Part shown: in pieces, positions 38,631-50,600 of the stretch | How positions within the stretch are numbered: the first letter of the stretch is position 1 | How the letters are laid out: every line of letters starts with the position of its first letter | IMG/VR virus record: IMGVR_UViG_3300033120_000461 | Span: 1-64,000 of that record | Source of the DNA: a virus | Taxonomy: Duplodnaviria > Caudoviricetes | Reading direction: 5' to 3' (one strand) | DNA: 64,000 nucleotides | Made by a program: the position numbers and the translations under genes | Notes under the pieces: model-generated | Databases searched by the model: none | Seen by the model: only the letters and a program-made list of their open reading frames with translations | What the model was told of the DNA's origin: nothing

Positions 38631-38729
38631 GCTTTGCTTTCTTCTTTCTCCTCTACTTTACCCATCGTCAAGAAAAAGAGCCTCAGGGAGTAAATTGGGA
38701 AAAGAGGCGTGGCCAAACGTTAGCGACAC

Positions 38730-39101
38730 ATGGAACAAGAGAAGAAGCAAGAACTCCACTGGATGCCAATCCACCCAGATGGGCGAGGCCGAGGTCAAAT
38801 TCCTATTGTGGGATTTGGCCCAGACTTTGTCTGGACTCTCGGGAGACATCGGAATGAGGCTGAGAAGCCAACACTTCCATTCGTGCCTTCGCATGGACAC
38901 AACGCTTTCCTGGAAGACCCCATCTACGACTACGTTTCACGACATGGAGAGTTTCACTACCACTCTCGGATCATCGACCTCACCAATTCTGGCGTTTGGC
39001 TCCTCTTTGAGTACAAGAATCGAACCCCAGACTACTTTGACAAGAGGTCTCTGGGTGAACTCCACATCAAGAGATTGCTGAGCCCCAAGAAAGTCGGGTG
39101 A
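38730..39101 (+). CDS. Hypothetical protein
   Basis: First gene of a plus-strand island. Confidence 0.65.
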   Translation: MEQEKKQELHWMPIHPDGRGRGQIPIVGFGPDFVWTLGRHRNEAEKPTLPFVPSHGHNAFLEDPIYDYVSRHGEFHYHSRIIDLTNSGVWLLFEYKNRTPDYFDKRSLGELHIKRLLSPKKVG

Positions 39102-39454
39102 ACAATGGACTGCCATTTGAACTGCCATGGAGAACTCAATCACCTCGCAATGGTCATACCATTCCTAGCCATGGGCTGGCTCCGCCTCCGCCTCTGGTGG
39201 CGCGGGCACGTCTGATGGTGAAGGACGACGACTTGCTCTCCCCAGTCGTCTCAGTGGGAGACGTGACTCAGTACAAGGTCAATCCTGTAGACATCACCAG
39301 AATTGAAAAACCACCAGGTAGGCACACTGTCATAACTCCTGAACGAGAAGCCGAACTCCGAGCAATTCGAGCTAGGGAGCGGAAGGAGTTTGGTAGTGAC
39401 TACAACGTCATAGACGGGCTCTTGGACTTGATCTCCGAACTGAGAAAGACCTAG
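39098..39454 (+). CDS. Hypothetical protein
   Basis: GTGA-coupled; ends in TAG sharing CTAG with the convergent gene. Confidence 0.6.
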   Translation: MNNGLPFELPWRTQSPRNGHTIPSHGLAPPPPLVARARLMVKDDDLLSPVVSVGDVTQYKVNPVDITRIEKPPGRHTVITPEREAELRAIRARERKEFGSDYNVIDGLLDLISELRKT

Positions 39455-39717
39455 GTCTCATCATCAGGAGACTTCTCATCCAAACCTGGAAGGAACTTTC
39501 CTGAGAGGAATTCAATACCTTCTGAGAGGTGGTCCCGTGCTGCCACAAAGTGTTGGACAGCACCACCCACCGCAGGTAGCGAACTAGAGGAAATTCTCTT
39601 GGCTCTAGCGAGAGATGCACGGACCCTGCGCCATGCCTTTCCAGCTCTTTCCGAGTTTGAGTCTGTTTGACTCAGAAAGTACCCATCAAGGGTTGCAATG
39701 TCTTCGTGGTCGCTCAT
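39451..39717 (-). CDS. Hypothetical protein
   Basis: GAGGA SD upstream; 88 aa. Confidence 0.6.
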   Translation of the reverse strand: MSDHEDIATLDGYFLSQTDSNSERAGKAWRRVRASLARAKRISSSSLPAVGGAVQHFVAARDHLSEGIEFLSGKFLPGLDEKSPDDET

Positions 39718-39777
39718 CTCGTCCTCACCATTGAGTTTCGATAAGGTCGAAACCTAAGTTGCTACCTGGAGCCAACC

Positions 39778-40143
39778 TTGTTCATTACCGCTCTCTGTCT
39801 GTTTCTGACCTTCCTTGTGGTTTCCAAAACCATAGGTCAGCTAGGCAAGCCTCTATTGGTTTTGGTTACCGCTCGGGCCAAGAGACTGAGTGACGAACAA
39901 GAACACCGCCAGAAGATGGAGCGAAGCCGTGCAAAGGCTGAGCTAGAACTACTCACTGCCTCTAAATTGGAAGACGTCCTAGGTGTTCTGATTGCAGACC
40001 GCTCAATGAGTGACAGCGTCCGCGAGCAACTAGACCGAATCCACCCACCTCCTATCAAGGTTCGTGTAGACGATCCCGATAGCCGTCCTCAAGAGAAAGA
40101 GGAAGTCAAAGTGGTGCGGAAGAGTAAGAGAAGGAATCAATGA
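39778..40143 (+). CDS. Membrane-anchored coiled-coil hypothetical protein
   Basis: Hydrophobic N-terminus, charged remainder. Confidence 0.6.
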   Translation: MFITALCLFLTFLVVSKTIGQLGKPLLVLVTARAKRLSDEQEHRQKMERSRAKAELELLTASKLEDVLGVLIADRSMSDSVREQLDRIHPPPIKVRVDDPDSRPQEKEEVKVVRKSKRRNQ

Positions 40144-40173
40144 CTGAACCAAGGTCGCCGTCAAGGAATACTC

Positions 40174-40584
40174 ATGAGACATCTACAAGTTGACGCTCCA
40201 AACAAGAAATGCTCCTGCGATGCGTTTGGGGACGGACCTTGCCCAGTTCATGCGGAGGAATGTCGTCTCCAAAACGAACGTTTGAGGCAAGAAGCGGAAG
40301 AACTGAAAAAGACGGGTGTACGTTGCTACGTCATCGGACGACTCAATTACGTCATCCCACATGGCTCTAAGACCGGATCTTTTGTTCTCTCGTATGTGTT
40401 CACAAGTTCAAGAGATGCTTTGAATCAGAGGACTATCCCACTGACTGGAGAGACATTTGTGAACATTCTCCAGACAGATCCACATCTGGACTACCCGAGT
40501 GCAATGAAATCAGCGAAAGAGACGTACTTCAAGTGTTTTCCGGAACTGAGCATGGACCTTGGGATTGAATCATCTTTTGGTTGA
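40174..40584 (+). CDS. Hypothetical protein
   Basis: AAGGA SD; CSCDAFGDGPCPVH motif. Confidence 0.7.
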   Translation: MRHLQVDAPNKKCSCDAFGDGPCPVHAEECRLQNERLRQEAEELKKTGVRCYVIGRLNYVIPHGSKTGSFVLSYVFTSSRDALNQRTIPLTGETFVNILQTDPHLDYPSAMKSAKETYFKCFPELSMDLGIESSFG

Positions 40585-40593
40585 GGATAGAAC

Positions 40594-40815
40594 ATGAAGA
40601 AGATTACGTTGGAGATCCTCAACAGAACTCAGTGTCCCTTCAGGGAGGAATCCAACTGGACTGGAAATCCTTTCTGCATGCACCCCCTCCGGGAAGAACG
40701 CAAGGGGAACCCCATGTGTCAGCCGAAACACAAAGATATTGTCCCTGGAGACTTTCCACCATTGTGCCCTCTTACAGAGGGCGAGACAGTTCCTGGTGGA
40801 TCACTTCTTTGGTGA
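40594..40815 (+). CDS. Small Cys-rich hypothetical protein
   Basis: CPF...CMHP...C...PPLCPL; GAGGA SD. Confidence 0.6.
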   Translation: MKKITLEILNRTQCPFREESNWTGNPFCMHPLREERKGNPMCQPKHKDIVPGDFPPLCPLTEGETVPGGSLLW

Positions 40816-40878
40816 GGAGAAAAGACGACATGACTTTCGTTATCTGGGTGTCGTCCCTCTCAACCTCAAGAGTCCGCC

Positions 40879-41157
40879 ATGCGAGCAAGAGTCCTTGATA
40901 ACAAGTCCATCTGTAACCAACACGTAGAGTTGATTCTCGAAAATGGGGAGCACCTCTACATCACAATCCGAAGAGTCAACCTTGAACACTATCAGGGCCG
41001 AAGCCTTGAAGTCTCCATGGGTCAGAATGAGAGTCGGTCCTTCGATATCAAGGACTACCCACAAATCCAAGAGGAACTAGTCTCTGAGGACTTTAAGGTC
41101 CTGAAACACCTCTCATTTGAGGGTCAGTTTGTCGAGATTCCATCCGAGCTTCTGTGA
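40879..41157 (+). CDS. Hypothetical protein
   Basis: 92-aa ORF. Confidence 0.55.
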   Translation: MRARVLDNKSICNQHVELILENGEHLYITIRRVNLEHYQGRSLEVSMGQNESRSFDIKDYPQIQEELVSEDFKVLKHLSFEGQFVEIPSELL

Positions 41158-41183
41158 GTGGGTAGAGTTGGGTTACGAAGGAG

Positions 41184-41381
41184 ATGACCATGACAGGAAG
41201 TTTTGACAAAGTCTTGATGGATATGGCACGCGATGAGCGTGAACGTGCAGCTGAACTCATTCGTGAGGAGAACGAGCAGAGGATGCTTGGGAACACAGCC
41301 CCAGCGAAGGATCTTGGGGATCTTGCTGCGCACACTCTGTCTTGTGCATCAGAGTTGGAACGCGCAGCAGTGTTGTCGTGA
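41184..41381 (+). CDS. Hypothetical protein
   Basis: AAGGAG SD; 65 aa. Confidence 0.6.
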   Translation: MTMTGSFDKVLMDMARDERERAAELIREENEQRMLGNTAPAKDLGDLAAHTLSCASELERAAVLS

Positions 41382-41382
41382 G

Positions 41383-41616
41383 CTAAGCTCCACCGCCTCG
41401 GTTGAGACGAGACAACGCTTCCCTGAGCGTTAGAATCTTCTCCTCATTGCTGCTTTTCTGAGCCTCCAAAAGGTCTGCCACCTTTTGGAGGCTTTCACGT
41501 TGGTGCTGGATGAATGGGAGTTTGCCCAAATCAATGGACTTCGTCTTAGTCCAGTTTGGGCTCTCTGGGTCCAACCCAAGCTTGATGAGATTCTCCCGTA
41601 GTTCCTCAGGTGTCAT
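41383..41616 (-). CDS. Hypothetical protein coupled to the giant gene
   Basis: ATGA overlap at 41613-41616; ends in TAG. Confidence 0.7.
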   Translation of the reverse strand: MTPEELRENLIKLGLDPESPNWTKTKSIDLGKLPFIQHQRESLQKVADLLEAQKSSNEEKILTLREALSRLNRGGGA

Positions 41617-44600
41617 ACCTTCTCAGTACCCTTCACCAAGGTCAAAAGACGCTGTTGCTCGGCCTTACGGCGTGGTGCTTCTTCGTCGAATCGACGGATG
41701 CTCGCCAAAGTACCAGACACTCGGTCTGTGCGAACTGTGAGCCATGCCCAACGAGAGTTTCTGAGTTGGTCACGCTGCTCAAGAGCTTCTTCGATCCTAT
41801 CTGGCAACGTGGGTCGACCAACGCCATTTTCAAAGTCAGCATATGGAGGGTCAAGTGGGGAGAATGGAGGGCGAAGATAGTCAAGTCTGAAGTCAAGACC
41901 CCAAAACCTGCGGTCCAGAATAGATAGACAGTCAGAGGAATTCGCGAAAGGGGACTCTCGAACAAGTCCCTCAAGGCCTGCGATGTAGGCATCGAAGAGA
42001 ACACCAAGGCCATCCAAGGGATCTGATGTGTCTCCAAGGTCTGCAATGTGTTCATCTCTCTGGAAGACGAAGTACGACCCAGATTTCTCAGCCTCGAAAA
42101 TCCCTCTGAGTTCTTCCATCCAAGAGAGCATTCTCTCTCGGGTAGCTAGAATCAGCTCCACAGTCTCCTCAGTGAGGAATGTGGTAGGTCGAATCACCTT
42201 GTACGCAAATGGAGCAATCGAGAGCCAATTGGACGCAAAGGAGTTTGTCCCATCCGCATAACCCGTTGGACGCAAATCCATTTGACCTTCCAAGCCTCCT
42301 GACAAGAGAGACCCGTGAACCGTTGGGTAAACAGCATACTGCCCATCTATGATGGCATCTGCTGATGTCCGATTACCTGCCAGGACTCCGCCCAAAGGCA
42401 CAACACCAAGTGTTGTGGGTGTCACGGTCAGGACCTTGTAGTACCCTCGATTGTCATCGATGCGATGTGGTGAGCCTGGGACATAGGTCGGAGCCCCTCG
42501 TGGGAGAACAGAAGTGTCCCCAAACGGTCGAACACCACGTTCTGGAGTAGGTGCAAAACCCGTGGGTCCTCTAAGAGGTCCTGCTGGGTCAACAACCAGA
42601 ATGTCCCCCTGTTGAATCCCAAGGGCTCCGAAATCGAGTGTGTCAGTCAGTATGTTGACGCTTTGGTCGTAGGCTACTTGAGGATCTACGTCGGCCACAT
42701 AGGCGACTGAACCTCCTACTTGGGTGATAAGGTCAGCTGGTCTGTCCAGAAGGATCCGGTCTGTCGCAAGTTCCAGGAGTTCTGCACAAGACTGCTCATG
42801 TGGCACTGGTGCAGACCTCAGGTAGATCTCAAATCTAGTGCCTGGACCCACCAAATTCAGAGCATTCTTTGAGAGCGTGAGGGTTCTACCAGTCTCTACT
42901 ACAAGAACCTCGGCTACAGCCACAACTTCACCACTCAAGTTGGACAAAAATCTTACAGAGTCTCCAGCACGGATCCCAATGTTCGAGTTTGTGAAGTCCC
43001 CAAGCTGAGTAGCCCGACCACCTACAAGTGGTTGAGGCGGGTTTTGTGTGTCCACGGGTTGTGCAACGAGAACTCCAGTAGACCCTGAACCTGTGAATGT
43101 CTGAACGATTCCACGACGAATCTCGTAGACAAATCGTAGGTCACGCAGTGAATCCGCCAGTGCTCCGAAGGAGTCATGGAATCTTCGAATCCGACGCACC
43201 TCAACCTGACCTACCTCCAAAAGAGACCCTCCACTTGGACCTACGCCTGAGATGTAGGATGAGATGTTTCGAGTCCCAATTTCAGAGGTGAGAAGAGAGT
43301 GCCCTGCATCAACAACGTTGACTCTCGTAGCAGCCAGATCATTCCCCGAAACAGGAAAAGAGGGCTCCACAAAAAGTCCATTTTGAGCATGGTAACGAAG
43401 TTCAAAGATGTCGTTGGGGTAGAGGCATGCTGGTCCAGCACCGTGAATCGTCGTCCAGGAGAAATTGCTCAAATCCAAACCACCTGGGATGTTGTCGTAA
43501 ACAGGCTCATCAAGTTGGAGGAACGATGTCGAAGCCACCTTCACTTTTGAGTACACCGAGATCTGTGCAGGTCCTGGTGGTACGCCCACCAACGTTGCAA
43601 TTCCAGCATCGTAGGTGACGGACCCAAATGAGCTACGGGATGCAGTCACTTCCCTAAACCCAAAGTAGAATTCTGTTCCTAAAGGAGGGCTTGGCCAGAC
43701 TGTGTACCCTGGGAGATTTTGAGCGACTGACCCTTCCTGCCAGACATTTACAGGGAGAATTGTCATCCCAGACACACGAACACCGAACGCGGCCGCGTTC
43801 TGGAACGCTGTGAGTGTGATTGGGTTTCCAACCGCATCCTGAAATCCTGAAAGGCCTAGGAACCTGGAACCAGGACCATCCAGAGAGGAGTAAGCAGCAG
43901 AGACTGCGCTTCCAGCACTCCCCACCAAAGACTCATTCAAAATCAGGAACACACGTCCTGAAGATGGGAAGGCAAAAGAAGAAGCGACAGGTGCAGCATT
44001 CAGGTCTTGAAGTGGGCTCAAGGGAAGAAGAGATGAGACCGTTAGGTCTGATCCAACCATGCTCACAACCGTTGGGAATCTGAAGTCGAACCACCCTGCA
44101 TCCCCCACAGAAACCGTAAGGTCCAGTCGATGTCCTGGAAGGTCCAAAGGCGTGCTTTCTACAGCTGCCCGAACAAGATACGTCCCCACTTTTCCAGAAC
44201 CCACAGGGGCAGAAAGAACCAAAAAGGGATCATAAACTCCCTTCATGATGGCCACATCACCAGGTTGAACCCGACCCAAGCTACCTGTGTGTGTTGTAAT
44301 TGGGATGAATACGTTCTCCCCCACTATGGAGAATGGAGCCCCTGGTCCCTGTAGCTCTCCAACGAAGAACGTCCCATTGAGAATTGGGCCTACACCATCT
44401 TGGCGAGAGGATGGAATTGCCGTGAAAGTAATGTCAGTGGCATCGATTGGGATGTTGCCCTGACCTTCAAACCCAAGAACCCTGAGCGAACCAACTCCAG
44501 CCGCCCAAGTCCCAACCCCGTTTACAGAAGGTGTCAAATTTCGAGTTGGGAGGGTGAATGGGAGTCCGTCATTGATGTTGTCTATGTCGTTCACCAAGTT

Positions 44601-47600
44601 GGAGCGAGCAACTAGAGTTGCTGTGGTCGTGTCAAAAAGAGTGGCTCCAAAGAATCTAGTCGAGAGTTGGCATTCCATGAGGGACCCTCCAGGGAAGGGA
44701 TGTACGAACCCTCTAGGCAAGGCAGATCGAAAGTCGATTCGGTCTTGGAAAGTCACTCGATCAGAGTTGATGGTAGCAAACTCAGAAATGTTGCTGAGCA
44801 CAGAGAACGTGAAGTCATGGAAACCACTTGTTGTTGTGGTGCCTGGTGGTCCAACTACTGGGTTGTAGGGTCCGAAATTGAAGAATGGGGTGTTCGTCTT
44901 GATGACGACTCGATCTGGTAGGAAGTAGAATCCCCCTGGGGTGACAGGCACGGCTGTGACTCCGTTGTCCCCAGAAACCTCGAAGACTGATGTGAGGATG
45001 TCTGCACCAGTTGAGATCTTCTCCACTCGGACTGTGCTTCCAGGCACGAACTGACCTGTGGCCTTGTTTATCAGACGAATCCAGAGAACTGACCCCTTGT
45101 CGTTTGTTCCAAACACGTCATTGAGACCGCCTACAGGTACCGGAAGCAGGCCTCCGCCTGATCCGTCATCAAGCACAATCGAAGAGGACCCAACCGAAGA
45201 CAGATCGAAAATGGTCTCGTCTGGAGAAAGAGTCGTGTCCTCTTGAACGACAATCCCTGACCCGTACAATGGGTAAGCAACCCATGCAATCCCATGGTCT
45301 ACCTGGTACGTGAGGTTCCCATTTACAGGAGTGACAAACCGAGGAAGGTCAATCTGGTTTGGGGCACCTGGTTGAATTCTCGCAATGGAGTGCACTCCAG
45401 TTGACCCCAACGGGAATCCTGCAACTCCAGGTACTCCTGTTGGAGCCTGGATAAGCAAGAGGTCATATGGGTTGACATCACCAACCCCAGCATGACCTGG
45501 AGGAGGTGGATAAGCGCCCGATGAAGTACCACGGAACAAGTCCTCGAAGGTGGTGAGCGTAGATCGCTCTGAGGGTGGCGTGGTTTGAACTCGTCCAGCA
45601 GAACCCAAGGTCTCATCTGGGAAAACTGCCTCTGTGAAATAAGCAGGGACAGATGGAGGGGCAACTGGTGGTGGGTTTGGGCTGTCCGACCTCACAAGAG
45701 TGGAGATCAGGGAGGCAGCGGAGCCCAAGATCTCCAACTCGTTTGTTGGAGACCCGTAGTATGGAAGGGAGTAATCCCCTGAGTCCAGAGTCTTCTCACC
45801 CTTGAGTCCTGGGAACAAAACTGGAAGTCGTGACCCGTTCTGGAACGAAACAACGGCTTCCAACGTCGAGAGTGGGGCTGGTGGATGCTGGCCTGTAATC
45901 TCCTTCAGACCAAACAGAGTAGGGTCTGAAAACGATGGGAGAGTGGCATCAGTCAACTCACCTGTGCGAGCTGTGAAGTTGAGGTCTGTACCAGTCCTAT
46001 AGGTCGGGGTCGTGCTCGTGAAAGCCTGGAGTTCAGCAATGGTGGGAGGATCCGAAGTTACAGGGAGGACAGAACCAGTCCCTGGAATAGCAAAGACTGT
46101 GTCCCCACGAGAAGGATTGAGCACAGAACCGTTAGTTGGAGAGGACAGTGACAAAAGCAAGAGGGCATCAAGAATGGGTACATCTGCTCCGGATATGTCC
46201 TTGCTCTTGAGGGTGATCACACACCCCTTCAACACGGCGTCAACAAAGACCCCTGCGTAACGGGATTCAGGACCTACTGGGAATGTGGTTCCGGCATACC
46301 CAAGTTCGGTTGAACTTCCATCTGGGGAACCTACTGCCAGCTGCATTCCAGGCGCAAAGGGAGGCGTGTGTAGTTCAGGAGATCCCGTGAGGAGGTCATT
46401 CAGCCCCGTGGGCAATGGACCTCCACTCTCCGACGCCAACTGTGTGGTGTCTGGAAGACCTGTGTCTGACAGGATTGGGAATTCCACAAGAGAGAGTGGG
46501 GTCGCGATGATGGAAGGCCTACCTGAGGAAAGAGCATCAACCTCAGGGAAACCTGTGGGGGAGTAAGCCCAGACCCGAGCCCTAGCTCGACGATCCCGAG
46601 CCTGGACACCCAACACATTCTGTATCTGTCCCAGGACCGGGTTTTCTAGTTGCCCAATCGTGGTCCCTGTAGTCGAACGTAGAGAGAATGGAGCGCCAAA
46701 AAGGAAACCAAGAGGGTCAAGCCCAAGCTTTCCTGCTGAGTAGACTCCTGGAGCCCCTGTTGCCTCATCCCCATCAAGACCTGGACTGAGGGTTGTGAAA
46801 CCCATGGTCTTTTCTGGGAAGAGTCTGGAGAAAGGACTTGCTTGACTCAAATCTGAGAACTGGCCGAAGGATAGAACTCGGAAGGTGATGAACCCACTCA
46901 ATTTTCGTTCTGTCCGAATACGAGTCGTCAACACCACATCATCAATGTCATTCTTCACAAGGATTTCTTGATATCCTGTGAGAGCAGAGAAAGAAGATGG
47001 GTCTTGGTATGCTCCGAAGGGCCTACCGTTTGAGTCCACCTGGGTGTTGAGAGGATCTGTTACAGGATCCGTCGTCAACAGCTGAATCATCGGAAGACCA
47101 GAGCGAGCTGAAGTCCAAGCATCAAACCAAAGCACCCTTGGATTGAGTGCTCCAGTGATCTGGTCTTCGTATCCAGGAGGCGTCCAAGGATCATCCTTGC
47201 CCACGTAGAGACGAAGCTTCCCGTCCTTCTCCCCAACCAACTCTCCACTCAGAGTCTCTGTGATCTGCTCAAATGAAGAGATTGTTGAGTTGAAGAACCC
47301 CAGGAAGGCACGCGCCGCCCGGTCTTTGTCTATGAGGTTTGATCTCTCTGAAGAGATACCCACCCTACCAAAGTCGCCATTGGACTTGACTTCGCCTGTT
47401 GAGAGGGTTGGACCCAAAGAAGGCTCAGATGCTGTAGCCTGCTTCTGAATCTCCAAGGCCACATCCCCCACATAGGATTTGAAGGACTTGGCCTGTACGA
47501 AGAATGAGTCCGGGCTTTCAAAGGTGTAGGTGCCTTGAAGCAGCCCGCCTTCTCTTCCATTCTGCTTTGAAGGAGGGTCTACGAACAAGAATCCTGAGGA

Positions 47601-50600
47601 CACTCTAGGGTACTGAAGTGCTCCCTTTGACGCGAAAGGACTCAAGGTCCTGGTGTCTGTTCTGGAGAACACAAGCTTCTGAGTTGACCGCACACCTCCC
47701 TGACGAGGAGAGATGAAGGCTAGGCTCCCATTCCCAGAGGTTGCGTTGTAGTCCTTACCTGAGACCAATGTACGTCCTGGTAGAGGATCTCCCCCCTCGG
47801 ACAGTTCACCAAAGAGGATGACCTCAAAGGGTTCTGTAGGGAGGAACGGGCTGACTCCTAGGAACTGAGTAGCCCCTGATGGGTAAATTGGGCGAGCAGA
47901 GATCTTGGCATCGCTGTCAAGCATGGTCGAAGACCATTCAAATGTGCTCGGAAACGGGCTGGCCACAGTGATGGTTGTGGTGCGTCCATCAGAAGAGAGA
48001 CCCCCCTTCACAATCGCAAATGGATGTCCGAAGAGTTCGAGGAGATGGCCCGCCACTGTGTAGCGAGTCAGGTTCCCCTCAATCTTGATTTCGACTTGAC
48101 CTTGGGTCACAGGCTCAAACTTTGGAGTGTTTGGGAGACCTAGGGCTTCCGCAAGTGTAGGCAAGAAGCTCGAATCTATGGGCAGATTCGAGATCAAGCT
48201 CAGGGCATTCTGTCCTGGGTTGAGAGATCCCGCGCCATAGTTGGTGGGCGGAAACACTGTCACCTCAGTCGTGTCACTCAAAGCATCGTACACAGAAGAG
48301 GTCACGTAAGTGGTGAAGGCCCCAACTCTCAGTGCCTTTCCCGCTACTACATCACTCGTCCTGTCCGAGTCCAAAAGGAATGAGGTCTGGCCCTTAGCAA
48401 GACTGAATGGAGGCCTCCAAACAGGTGGTGCAGAGACCGTGTATGAAGTCTCCCCACCAAAGGCCTCGAAGACAGCATAGGAGATTGTTACCTTCGTTCC
48501 CGCCACCACTTCTTCGTTGAGAGAGATGGTGTTCCGCGTGAAATCCACAGAGCAACCCAAAGGCAGGCCGTAAGTTTGCTGTTTGGAACCTGTGTAAACG
48601 ACAGGTGAGACCAGAGGGTCGGCTGTCCTCCCTGTTGGGTTGAAGGAGTAGAGTTGGCTGGATATGCGGGTTGCAACCTCTGCTCTGATGTAGAGAGGGA
48701 GGAACTCACGAATTCGAACAGGGTTGTTGTCCGAGTCCAGGTACAAAGCCCCTGTACTTGGATTGGCTCTGTAGTACGTGACCTCTACCAGTTGATAGGG
48801 GCGAATCGGGTTCGCCAGGAAGGTGAACGTACCCAAGATTGGGTTGACCACACAGTCTGTTGTGCCCTCCACCGAGAGCTGCTCAACAAAGTAGATTGGG
48901 TCTCCAACAATCAAGTCAGCTGCGGATACCGCAAGGTCCCCTGTATCTGGATCGATTTCGGCATCTCCAGAAGCCAAGTCTGACCCAGCCAACAGCGTTT
49001 CCACGTACTGAACACTTGCACTCTGGTACTCGGCCAGGACCCCACTACCGAATTTCAACTCCCCTGTTGTTGTCAGATACTCCACAAACACTGGGTTGAT
49101 GGAGAACGAAGCCACGGGGAGAAGCCCAACTCCCTGCACGAACAGAGTGCTTCCGATTCGAAGGTCAAAGGCCCCAGAAGTGAACCGAACACCTGAATTC
49201 GGAACAAAAAGAACCCCATTTGAGACGACACCAAGATTCTTCCTGGATAGGATTCGAAGGGGAATGTCAAGTCCTATCTGGCCAACACGAACGAAAATAG
49301 GGCGCTTCTGTTCGATGCTCTTAGCGGCATCCGCAGAGACCAACACCCCTCCCCCAATACCCTGATTCGTCAGGACCCGAATCTCGAAGGGTTCTTCAGC
49401 CAGGTGGTCAAACTCCTCATACAGAACATCTGCCACAACTGCGGGGTCAACCAATCCTGGAGACACACCTCTGAAGACTTCGTACGAGACATTCACCCCT
49501 TCATCCCCCACAAGGAATGGAGGGGATACTTGAAGACTGGTTACGTTTACGGTTTCGACTGTGTATGAGCCTTGATCTCCACCCGAGATGATCTTCAGAC
49601 GGTCTCCTGTGGACACCCCAAGAGCAAGGAAGTCCACGGACACATCCGTAAGAATCGACCCAACTGGGAACCTGCCACGTGAGCCCTCAAGAAACCGAGC
49701 CCCAACTTGGTCAACGAGAATGGCCTCACCTGTTGTCCCACCACCAACTAGGATGAAGTCAACACCAGGTTCCAGATACGAGAACGGACCACCATCGGCG
49801 GAGACCTTCAGGAAACCATTGAGAGGTGCAATCAGGCTCTCGGGCAGCACACCCGCTACCCCCAAGTTGACTCCTGCAACAGGAGATTGGACTTGGAGGG
49901 TGGATCCACTTGAGGAAACCCAAGCGAACTTCTTCTCCTCAAAGAGGTACTTCACATCCTCCCAAGGCTGAAGCGGACGGGCTACAATTGGCGATGCTCC
50001 TGGAGCCCCAGCAGCAGATAGAGCAAAGAAGACGCCCTCATCGTAACCAGCGATGTCCTCGCGAGGGGCGAAGTCCAAGAACTGGAAAGTGACTGGGCTG
50101 ATGTTTCCAGTAAGAGTTCTGGACTCCAGACGGTACTTGTCGCGAACATCTGGAATCGGTTGGGACCCATCCAAGTCCCGAGGTGACCTGTAGAATCCGA
50201 ACTCACCACCGTAATCAGCAATCCAGTTGGGGTCCGTGGCGCTGAAGTCACCACTCGGGGAAGTCAACCAACCAGGTACAAAACCAAGAGCCGCACAGCC
50301 AGAGAGTTCAAACCCAATGCTGACCAGACCTGATGATGTGTGGGAGATTACAACTCTGCCTGAGATCTGAGTGCAAGAACCAGGTGCCCCTGCCAGGGCA
50401 ATCCTTGCCTGAATCGATGCTGCAATGATGGTTGCGGAGAATGTTCCAGCTCCCAGTGCACTCGCCAGCCAAACTACAGAGGTAGCTCCCAATCTGAATC
50501 GAAACACTTCAGACCCATCGAGGACAAAGGTGTCCTGCACACGGGAAATGAGACGAGACCTCGTCGCATAGCTGGAGGGGACGAACTCTGCTTGGCGGAA

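Noticed and set aside
39451-39454. Convergent genes sharing one CTAG as both stops
   Set aside because: A common consequence of genome compaction with no further signal.
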